Positions 29,106 to 36,885 of a stretch of 64,000 bases of DNA are shown one piece after another (position 1 is the first letter of the stretch; the number at the start of each line of letters is the position of its first letter). The position numbers and the translations under genes were made by a program. Under the pieces are notes generated by a model. The model did no database searches. It had not been told where the DNA came from and saw only the letters and a program-made list of their open reading frames with translations. Source of the stretch: Candidatus Zixiibacteriota bacterium (GTDB taxonomy: Bacteria > RBG-13-66-14 > B26-G2 > WVWN01); the NCBI GenBank assembly GCA_050117845.1, contig JASFLY010000007.1:32001-96000 (forward strand), in the 5' to 3' direction.

Positions 29106-29902
29106 TACTTCCTCCTTACTTGTTCTTCGATTTCGGGGTAAATAAACGTACGCCCGGCGGTTTCCGCCGTCCTTACCGGGCAACCGTAGATTTCGGATAA
29201 AGTATCGGCTCGGAGGACTTCGGCCGCGGGGCCGTCCGCGACGATGCGTCGGGCCGCCATCAAAGCGACCCGCGGGAAGTACGCGGCCGCCACGTTCAGG
29301 TCGTGCAGGACCGCGACGACGGTCAAGCCTTCTCGGGCGTTCAGCCTCCCCAGCAACGAGAAGATCTGAGCCTGGTGGGAGATGTCGAGGTGGGCAGTCG
29401 GTTCGTCCAGGAAAACGGTCGGCGCGCCCTGGGCGAGGGCTCGCGCCAGGACCGCCCGCTGGAACTCGCCGCCGGACAACTGGCTAACCGGCCTCTCGGC
29501 GAGGGCCGCGACGCCCGTAAGTTCCATCGCCCGGGACGCGATCGCCCGGTCTTCCGGGCCGGGGGGCCGGAACGGCCCGAGATAGGCGTAGCGCGCCAGC
29601 ATCGTGAGTTCGCGAACGCGATATGGCAGGTTCACCTCGCTGTATTGCGGTACGAAGGACACGAGGCGGGCGACATCGCGGCGGCCGTACGTCTTGATAT
29701 CCCTGCCGGCGAGCAGCACATCGCCCCGGTCGGCGTTCAAGTAACCCGAAAGCAGACGCAGGAGCGTACTCTTCCCGGCGCCGTTGGGCCCCACGACGGC
29801 CACCATCTCCCCAGCCTCCACGGCGAAGTCGACGCCTTCTATCGCCGGCCCCGTCGGCCACGAGTAATGGAGGCCGAGGCCCTCTACCATTCGGCCGGCC
29901 AC
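29105..29902 (-). CDS. btuD: Cobalamin/Fe-siderophore ABC transporter ATP-binding protein
   Basis: 'GPNGAGKST', 'LSGGEFQR', 'FLDEPTAHLD', 'LHDLN'. Confidence 0.88.
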   Translation of the reverse strand: MAGRMVEGLGLHYSWPTGPAIEGVDFAVEAGEMVAVVGPNGAGKSTLLRLLSGYLNADRGDVLLAGRDIKTYGRRDVARLVSFVPQYSEVNLPYRVRELTMLARYAYLGPFRPPGPEDRAIASRAMELTGVAALAERPVSQLSGGEFQRAVLARALAQGAPTVFLDEPTAHLDISHQAQIFSLLGRLNAREGLTVVAVLHDLNVAAAYFPRVALMAARRIVADGPAAEVLRADTLSEIYGCPVRTAETAGRTFIYPEIEEQVRRK

Positions 29903-29903
29903 G

Positions 29904-30920
29904 CTAGTAACCCTTCTTTCGCAAAATCGCCAGGAAATACGGCGCGCCTATGAGGGCGGTGAAAACGCCCACCGGCACGATGGGAATATGGAAATAATCG
30001 GCCGTCGTCCGGACGAGTGTGTCGCCCGCGGCCACGAGGGCCGCGCCGCCCAGCGCCGCCGCCACGAGAAGCGTTAGGTGGCGTGGCCCGATTATCCGGC
30101 GCAGGGCGTGGGGTACGACTATGCCGACGAAACCGATGGGCCCGGCCAGCGCCACCACCGAGGCCGTCGCTAGCGACGCGCAGAGGATAATCGCTATCTT
30201 GAATTTCTCGACGGAGAGGCCGAGGTGGAAGGCGCTCTCCTCGCCGAGCGCGATGAGGTCCAGGGGACGGGCCAATACCATGAGAAGAATAGCGACGACG
30301 CCGGTAACGCCCGCCGTGCACGCCACCTTGAACGGCGTTATGTCCGGGCTCGCCAGGTCGCCCATGAGCCACAGGAAAACGGCGTGCTGGTCGCGGGCCG
30401 GGACTATAGCCAACATCAAAAGTATGAGCGCCGTAAAGAATGCGCCGACGACGACGCCCGCGAGGAGCAGCGCGTGGACGGAGAGGATCCCCGCCGCCCG
30501 GGCCACCATGAAGCCGGTGCCGACGGCCGCTAGGGCCCCAAGGAAGGCCAGGACGTTGAGCGCGGAGAAAGCCGCGGCGCCGGAGCCGAGCCCCAACACC
30601 GTCGCGACCGCGGCCCCCAGGCCGCCCCCGGCGGCGATACCGAGGATATAGGGGTCGGCCAACGGGTTGCGCAGAACGGCCTGCAAAGCCGTGCCGGCCG
30701 TAGCCAGCGCGACCCCCACGCAGAGCGCCGCCCCCAACCGCGTTAAACGCACGATTACCACGGCGTACGCGTCACGACTCACGACGCCGCCCGTGACTAG
30801 TTCCCCCACCGCCCGCGCCGACGCCCCGGGCGAGAGGCCCGGCCCGAGCAGGGCCGCCGCCGCCGCCACGCCGATCAACGTTAACGCCAATACGGCGAAC
30901 GTCGCCGCCTTCCGGTTCAC
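29904..30920 (-). CDS. btuC: Cobalamin ABC transporter permease (FecCD family)
   Basis: 'LQAVLRNPLADPYILG', 'LGEESAFHLG', 'GPIGFVGIVVPH', 'GAPYFL'. Confidence 0.88.
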   Translation of the reverse strand: MNRKAATFAVLALTLIGVAAAAALLGPGLSPGASARAVGELVTGGVVSRDAYAVVIVRLTRLGAALCVGVALATAGTALQAVLRNPLADPYILGIAAGGGLGAAVATVLGLGSGAAAFSALNVLAFLGALAAVGTGFMVARAAGILSVHALLLAGVVVGAFFTALILLMLAIVPARDQHAVFLWLMGDLASPDITPFKVACTAGVTGVVAILLMVLARPLDLIALGEESAFHLGLSVEKFKIAIILCASLATASVVALAGPIGFVGIVVPHALRRIIGPRHLTLLVAAALGGAALVAAGDTLVRTTADYFHIPIVPVGVFTALIGAPYFLAILRKKGY

Positions 30921-31843
30921 GGCGTCCCTCCCGCCCCCGGCGCGTCGCCGTAGAAAAACTCGTGAAGGGAGGCGACGCCTTTAGCGAGGCGGGGGCCCGC
31001 CCGCAGGACCAGGTCCGGATTGGCCTCGTAGATCCGGCCGCTTCGCACCGCCGCCACGCCGCCCCACCCGGTGCGGCCGGCGACGGCCGCCGCCGCCGCG
31101 CCGTGGCACAACAAGATGACCTCCGGGTTCCGGGCTATTACGGCCTCCGGTTCGATGCGGGAATAGGGCCGCGGGAGGCCGGTCCCGACGTTAACGCCGC
31201 CGGCGAGTTCGATCGCCTCATGCACGTAGGACCCCTCCGACACCGTCATAAGAGGTTCGGGGCATATCTCGAGGTAGACGCGGGGCCTCTCGGCTTCGGG
31301 AACCGCCGCGACGGCGGATCTCACTTTTTCCAGTTCGGCCTCGAACGCCGCGGCGGCCACGGCCGCCTCTTCGTCATGACCAACTATCCCGCCGACCGCC
31401 AGGATATTCCGCCTCACGCCGTCTATACCCGGCGCCATGAACGCCACGACAGGAACGCCCAACGGCTCCAGCTGTTCTATCATCCGCTCCTGCTCGTGGC
31501 CGGTCGTGATTATAAGGTCGGGATCGAGCGCGACGACGCGCTCCACCGAGACGGTGGAGAAATCGCCCACGGTGGGGAGTTCCGCCGTGGCCGGCGGCCA
31601 ATCGCAGCCGCGCACGACGCCGACGACGAGGTCCCCCGCCCCGACGGCGAATAGGATTTCCGTTATCTCCGGCGACGTGCAGACGATGCGCCGGGGCTCG
31701 GCGGGAACGACGACCGTGCGGCCCAGGTCGTCGGTGAAAGGCCGGCCGTCGGCGACGACGGGCCGGGGAGCCGGCTTGCCGCAAGACGCCGCAATTAGCG
31801 CCGCCGCCAGGACGGATATAACGCATTTATTAATATTAGGCAT
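30917..31843 (-). CDS. btuF: Cobalamin ABC transporter substrate-binding lipoprotein
   Basis: Lipobox 'AASC'; 'DDLGRTV...PRRIV..SP..TEILFAVG', 'ERVVALDPDL', 'RAGPRL'. Confidence 0.88.
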   Translation of the reverse strand: MPNINKCVISVLAAALIAASCGKPAPRPVVADGRPFTDDLGRTVVVPAEPRRIVCTSPEITEILFAVGAGDLVVGVVRGCDWPPATAELPTVGDFSTVSVERVVALDPDLIITTGHEQERMIEQLEPLGVPVVAFMAPGIDGVRRNILAVGGIVGHDEEAAVAAAAFEAELEKVRSAVAAVPEAERPRVYLEICPEPLMTVSEGSYVHEAIELAGGVNVGTGLPRPYSRIEPEAVIARNPEVILLCHGAAAAAVAGRTGWGGVAAVRSGRIYEANPDLVLRAGPRLAKGVASLHEFFYGDAPGAGGTP

Positions 31844-31868
31844 AAAAAAAACCGGCCCGACGGCCGGT
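31844..31868 (-). terminator. Terminator-like hairpin abutting the btuF start (riboswitch expression platform)
   Basis: ACCGGCC-GTCG-GGCCGGT-TTTTTTT-ATG. Confidence 0.7.
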
Positions 31869-31936
31869 GCGAAAGTAGTCCTCGCCTTGTCGCCCTACCC
31901 GTCGTAGAGAGTTATCCGGCAATCGCCGGAGACAAG

Positions 31937-32084
31937 CGGTTCGGAGAGAAGTATCCTGACTTGCGGGTCATCCTACTCATCGGCGCCTTCCCGGTTTCCC
32001 AGTGGCGCTGTTGCCGACTTTCGTAGCCGCTTACAGTGGCGGGGCCGCGGCGGTTTTTCACCGCCTTCCATGCACCCCGAACCG
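31937..32084 (-). ncRNA. Cobalamin (B12) riboswitch
   Basis: Minus strand: CGGTTCGG..GGAAGGCGGTGAAAAACCGCCGCGGCCCCGCCACTGTAA...GCCACTGGGAAACCGGGAAGGC...AAGTCAGGATAC..CCGAACCG; 8-bp P1; TTGACT-N17-TATAGT promoter upstream; precedes btu genes. Confidence 0.95.
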
Positions 32085-32178
32085 TTATTTTATTTTCCCG
32101 CCGGGCCCGGGGACCCGACGCTCGGAATACTATACGATAGACCGGCGGCGGAGTCAACCCAAAATCGGCGCCACGACG

Positions 32179-32209
32179 AAAAAAGCCCCGCTCCGCGGCG
32201 GGGCTTTTT
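32179..32209. terminator. Intrinsic terminator
   Basis: AAAAAAGCCCCGC-TCCGCG-GCGGGGCTTTTT. Confidence 0.8.
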
Positions 32210-32227
32210 AATGCGCTTTTATTAAGG

Positions 32228-34969
32228 CTAATCGGCTATGACGAACTTGCGCGTCGCAGCATCGCTGCCGGCCGTCAGACGGTAAAGGTAAACGCCCGCC
32301 GGCAAAGGCCGTCCCGCATCGTCCGTAAGGGCTACGTGTTCCTCATGTACGCCCGCGTTACGTGGCCCCTCGACCACCGTGGATACGCGGCGGCCGGTCA
32401 GGTCGTATACCGCCAACTCCACGCCGGTAGCGCCGGGCAAGGTGTAGCTTATCACCGTTTCGTGCCGGGCCGGATTCGGGAAACTCTGGTAAAGGTGGAA
32501 CGCGAGGGGTTTCCCGGAAGGCGGCGTCGAACCCTTCTCGGCGCCGTAGCCCAGTACGAATCGCCCGAGTCGGTCGGCGGCCGCCGTAACCCGCCGGCCG
32601 CGTTTGTCGATAACGCCGCCCAGGTCTTCCCACGCCGAACCGGTCCAGCGGAACACGGAGAGGCACTCCTCCCGCCCGACGGCGAGGCCGTCGTAGGAAA
32701 GCGTCACCTGAACCGGTTTGGTCAACGGCGCCCACGACGGACCGATATCGTACGCCGGCCCTAGGGTCTCGGTCGACTCTTTCCCCGAGGCGACCAGGAC
32801 GGCCGCGTTCGCGGGGGCGTTACGTTCCACGCCGGGGAAGATAGAGAACATTACGGGTTCGCGTACCGCGCCGGCCGGGAGTTTAAGCGCCGCTTCGCGG
32901 TCGCCCACGGTACCGCCCCCCGCCGCGAGGAAGCCGGCGCTGAAGTTTTTAACGCCGGACTTTATGTTACCGGACGTGTCAGCGGCCCGCCACTCGAAGC
33001 GGCCGGTACCATTTTCGCCGGGCTCGAGAACCAGCGACCCGATGAAACTCATACCGTCCCCGCTGAATTCCACGGCGGCCGCGCGTTCCTCACCCCGGTT
33101 CGGCGTGAAATAGGCTCCAGCCTCGGGGGCGCCGAAGAGGTCCTCGTCCGCCCCCAGGAGAAGTTCGATGTAATCGGGGTTGCCCTGGGGTCTCACCACG
33201 GCTAAACTGACCGCGGGAGGATCCGTATCGTCGGTCATCGTTACCGAATAACTGAAGGGCAGCTCGGAACCCTGCGTCGCCACGTTGTTGATAATCATCA
33301 CGATGGCGTCGTATTGGCCGGGGTTGCGCACCTGTACGATACCCCTGTCGGCGGGCGAGCACATGGATGTTCCGACGCCCGCGGTGCCGTTCAGGTCGGT
33401 CCACGTGGTCCCGTTCTTCGACGCCATTACGATGCCGCCCCAGTCCTTCGATTCTTTCATGTTCTCCGGGGCGCCCTCGAACGAGAAGACGGCCGCCGGC
33501 CAGGAGGGCAAACCGGTGAAGTAATAGAAACCGTGACCTAGGTGGTTCATATAATAAGATTCCGACGGCTCGTAGTTGACGATGGGATATTCGCCGGACC
33601 CCCACTGGTTCTGCAGACCCACGGGGCCGTACTCCCAACGGTAATGCTGCCGGTCGTCACGGCTGTCGGTGAACCAGTTCCAGGTGTTCCAGGTCTCGAA
33701 TTCCTCGGTATAAGCCCGGCCGGGTATATAACTCCGGCCCACGTGATAGTAGCGGATGATGTAGTCGATAGCGTCCCACGGCGACCTATCGACCAACGGG
33801 TCGTTCGTATACCACTGGTCACCCTTACACAAAGCACGCCAGACTTCCCGCGGCATAAGATCGCCTTCGACCTCGAGCCACTCGGGGGGAGTCCATACGC
33901 GCCAACACCAGTCCTCGAAGAAGAAGTTGATAATACAGGCTATGTATCCGCCGTCGTCCGTACCGTCTATCGAACGCAACGTGTTCCCCAGGTAGGAGTT
34001 CATACGGCCGCGCGGGTCCCCGGCGTTGGGGTATACCGTATCCTCGGCCCACATCGCCGACGCTTCCAGATACCAACTCGGCGTGGTGACGTCGTACATG
34101 AATTGCGTAACGTGCATGAACTCGTGGGACGAAATCACGGGTTCGCCGAACGAGCCGCCCTCGCCTTTGACGTACACGTTCCGCAGATTCATGTAGCCGG
34201 AATAGTCTTGCCGCGTGGTATACGGGAAGGGCATGTCGGAGTACGCCACGCCGCCCACGCCGCCGCTCAATTTGCCGAGGTAAGCATCCCAGCGGTCGTC
34301 GCCGCCGTAATCGTTGCCTTCCGCGGGCCAATCGAGCTCCTCATACCGGTCCCGGAGCGGGAAGTATTGCTGGTCCTCCGGGTCGGGGTGGTAATACCAC
34401 CCGTCCGCGACGTACTGGGCGAACGCTTTCTCGAGATCGGCCCCTATCCACTCCACGCAATCCGGGATGCCGTTGTTATTGCTATCGGAGGGGTCTTCCA
34501 GGGCGTTGGACCCGGAAAGGACGTAATGGACTTTATAGTTCCCTTCCGGCGTGTCGTACGTGTGGATTGGAACCCCGCCGTAACTCGAGTCGCCCCACGA
34601 CGTACGGCGCTTCACCTGGAAGCCGTCCATACCCGCGTCCTCGAAGCCGCAGAACTCGCACAGCTTCGCTTTTACGGCGGGGTCCATGTAGGGCCACCGC
34701 TCCCGCAGCTCCGTTACGACCGGCGTACCGCACGCCCAATGCTCGGCCGAATACCACTCGCCGCGATACGTATCCGGGACGTAGTTCTCCGTTGCGGCGT
34801 AAAGCGCCATGTAGCGATACATTAAAGCTTCGTCGGCGCTGATTTCGCCCGCCTGTTCCGCGGCTCTCAGCTTATAGGTCGTGGTGTCCTCGAGGGCGCA
34901 AGGCCAAGCCGCCATAGTAAGCGACGGAATCCCCGCTAATATTACTAATGCTAGGCCGAGTCGTTTCAT
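32228..34969 (-). CDS. Secreted HExxH zinc metalloprotease (MXAN_6640-like) with ZU5-like and T9SS/FlgD-type C-terminal domains
   Basis: Signal peptide; 'DSNNNGIPDCVE', 'SHEFMHVTQ', 'WYLEASAMWAED'; CTD 'LYQSFPNP...VYDLTGRRV...GVYLYRL...TRKFVI'. Confidence 0.8.
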   Translation of the reverse strand: MKRLGLALVILAGIPSLTMAAWPCALEDTTTYKLRAAEQAGEISADEALMYRYMALYAATENYVPDTYRGEWYSAEHWACGTPVVTELRERWPYMDPAVKAKLCEFCGFEDAGMDGFQVKRRTSWGDSSYGGVPIHTYDTPEGNYKVHYVLSGSNALEDPSDSNNNGIPDCVEWIGADLEKAFAQYVADGWYYHPDPEDQQYFPLRDRYEELDWPAEGNDYGGDDRWDAYLGKLSGGVGGVAYSDMPFPYTTRQDYSGYMNLRNVYVKGEGGSFGEPVISSHEFMHVTQFMYDVTTPSWYLEASAMWAEDTVYPNAGDPRGRMNSYLGNTLRSIDGTDDGGYIACIINFFFEDWCWRVWTPPEWLEVEGDLMPREVWRALCKGDQWYTNDPLVDRSPWDAIDYIIRYYHVGRSYIPGRAYTEEFETWNTWNWFTDSRDDRQHYRWEYGPVGLQNQWGSGEYPIVNYEPSESYYMNHLGHGFYYFTGLPSWPAAVFSFEGAPENMKESKDWGGIVMASKNGTTWTDLNGTAGVGTSMCSPADRGIVQVRNPGQYDAIVMIINNVATQGSELPFSYSVTMTDDTDPPAVSLAVVRPQGNPDYIELLLGADEDLFGAPEAGAYFTPNRGEERAAAVEFSGDGMSFIGSLVLEPGENGTGRFEWRAADTSGNIKSGVKNFSAGFLAAGGGTVGDREAALKLPAGAVREPVMFSIFPGVERNAPANAAVLVASGKESTETLGPAYDIGPSWAPLTKPVQVTLSYDGLAVGREECLSVFRWTGSAWEDLGGVIDKRGRRVTAAADRLGRFVLGYGAEKGSTPPSGKPLAFHLYQSFPNPARHETVISYTLPGATGVELAVYDLTGRRVSTVVEGPRNAGVHEEHVALTDDAGRPLPAGVYLYRLTAGSDAATRKFVIAD

Positions 34970-35019
34970 TTCTTACCTTCCTTTGTCGGTATCGCCGGCG
35001 CCGGCGGTTACGGGTCCGT

Positions 35020-35370
35020 TTAATGTATTACGACGGCGCGATAGTAAAAAGACTCGTACTCTCCCGAGTCGACCCAAACGCGCCCTTCCGATAATATCGT
35101 ACTGAATAGCATTTTCCATTCATTGTTGCCGCCCCGGCCGCTTCCGTAGACGATAACCATCGCCATATCGTTGCCGCCGCTCCCGGCTTCGCCGACGTGC
35201 AGGTCCGGGATACTAATATATCCCCCGTTTCCGGTGAGATTGGCTTCGGACACTTCGTACACCGTGCGTTGGACGCCGTCCGCGCCCTCTAGCATCTCGT
35301 CGCCACAACCTAAGAAATAGCCGATTAGGAAAGCGCCGATAACGCCAGCCGTAAAAAAATATTTCTTCAT
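35020..35370 (-). CDS. Small lipoprotein, function unknown
   Basis: SD AAGGAG; lipobox 'FLGC'; own promoter TTGACG-N17-TAAAAT. Confidence 0.75.
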   Translation of the reverse strand: MKKYFFTAGVIGAFLIGYFLGCGDEMLEGADGVQRTVYEVSEANLTGNGGYISIPDLHVGEAGSGGNDMAMVIVYGSGRGGNNEWKMLFSTILSEGRVWVDSGEYESFYYRAVVIH

Positions 35371-35433
35371 TTTCGTCCGCTCCTTGTTAAACGTTCCCGT
35401 TAAATTTTACTAGGCGTAACGGAGCGCGTCAAG

Positions 35434-36135
35434 TTATTTCGGCCCGCCACCGCAACCGCAGGTACGGACGAAGTTTTGGATTATCTCCGGGTAATGCCGC
35501 TCGCCCCAACAGCCGGGCGCCGTTATCGACGCCGCGTCCGATCCGTAATCCGCCAAGCTCCGTTCCCAACGCGTTATGCTCGCCGCGGCGTCGGCCGGCG
35601 TGACCTCCGGGTGGAATTGACAGGTAACGACGCCGAACTCGCGGTTACGGGCCGCGTGGATACGACAGGCATCCGAAGAAGCGAGGAGTTCCCATCCGTC
35701 GGGGAGCTCGGGCACCTCGTCGAAGTGGAAGTTATACGGCCGGATCGTCCGGCCTGCCCCCTCGAATATCGGGTCCGGGACTAGTTCCACCGGCGGCCAT
35801 CCAACTTCCGGTTCGGGCCGTCGCGTCAGTACGTCCTTGCCGTATAACGCGCGGAATATCAATTGATGGCCGAAGCACACCCCGAAGAGCGGTACGCGGC
35901 GTTGTATCGCGTCCCGGATGAATACGATTTCTTGGCGGAGCCAAGGCGGGTCCTCGAATACGGAACGCTCGGAACCGGAAATGATAACGCCGGCCGGCTT
36001 CGAGCCGTCCGGCACAAGGTCCTCGCGCCTGACCACGTCGACCGGGGCCAGCTTCTCTACCTCAGCGGCGAACCATCCGCCGGCCTGTCGGTGGTCGGAA
36101 TTATCTATTATGAGGATACGGTCGTTGGACCCCAT
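35434..36135 (-). CDS. Class I glutamine amidotransferase (GMP-synthase-like GATase domain)
   Basis: 'VIISGS', nucleophile 'GVCFGHQ', 'QFHPE'. Confidence 0.9.
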   Translation of the reverse strand: MGSNDRILIIDNSDHRQAGGWFAAEVEKLAPVDVVRREDLVPDGSKPAGVIISGSERSVFEDPPWLRQEIVFIRDAIQRRVPLFGVCFGHQLIFRALYGKDVLTRRPEPEVGWPPVELVPDPIFEGAGRTIRPYNFHFDEVPELPDGWELLASSDACRIHAARNREFGVVTCQFHPEVTPADAAASITRWERSLADYGSDAASITAPGCWGERHYPEIIQNFVRTCGCGGGPK

Positions 36136-36160
36136 GGGAGTACCCGGCCGTCGAGACGTT

Positions 36161-36187
36161 AAAAGGGGGCCGGAAAACCCGGCCCCC
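36161..36187 (-). terminator. Intrinsic terminator
   Basis: GGGGGCCGG/CCGGCCCCC stem plus TTTT. Confidence 0.7.
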
Positions 36188-36211
36188 CGGTGTATTTCGC
36201 TTTTTACAGTT

Positions 36212-36847
36212 TTAGACGGACGGGTCCCGGCCTATTAGTCTTTCGATTTCGGCCGTCATGGCGCGCCAATCAGTGAATTCGTAATTCTGAGATTCACCGA
36301 TCATGCCGCGCATTTTATTAACCGCCCAGACGCAGCGGTTGGCGTTGCCCATGCCGTAATAATTGAGCGCCAGCAGGATGTATACGTCGTAGCCGGTCAC
36401 TCTCGAGTCGCCGATGAACGTGAAGTTTTGGCCCTGTAAATTGTTAATCATGAACAGGGCGCGTTCGGCCGATACGTCATAGTCGTCGTTGGCCTGGTAG
36501 GCCGTGGCGACGCCCATGTATATAGACTGGCGTACTTTGAGCTCGGTACCGACCTGCTCGCTAACCAACACCGCGCTTTCGAGCGTCTCGATGGCCACGG
36601 ATATATTCTGCATCCGCAGGTAAGTCCAACCTAAGCCGCATTGCGCTTCGGCGTAATAGGGGTCTACTTTAAGGGCGTTCCCGAAGAGGGTTATCGCCCC
36701 ATCGTAATCCCCTGCTTCCCAGGCTTTCCAGCCTTCCGTTGTCCACTCGGCCTGCGACATCGCGGTAAAATCGTCGTCCTCTTCACATCCCATCAGAACG
36801 AGGACGAGAGCCGCGGCCGCAACCAAGAGCGTTATCTTCTTAAGCAT
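36212..36847 (-). CDS. TPR-containing lipoprotein
   Basis: Lipobox 'LMGC'; TPR 'GWKAWEAGDYDGAITLFGNALKVDPYYAEAQCGLGWTY'. Confidence 0.8.
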   Translation of the reverse strand: MLKKITLLVAAAALVLVLMGCEEDDDFTAMSQAEWTTEGWKAWEAGDYDGAITLFGNALKVDPYYAEAQCGLGWTYLRMQNISVAIETLESAVLVSEQVGTELKVRQSIYMGVATAYQANDDYDVSAERALFMINNLQGQNFTFIGDSRVTGYDVYILLALNYYGMGNANRCVWAVNKMRGMIGESQNYEFTDWRAMTAEIERLIGRDPSV

Positions 36848-36885
36848 CTACCTAGCCTCCTAAGGTTAACGGTACCCGCGGCGTT

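Noticed and set aside
31912..32211. ORFs 31912..32157 (-) and 32002..32211 (+)
   Set aside because: They overlap the cobalamin riboswitch, its promoter and a terminator.
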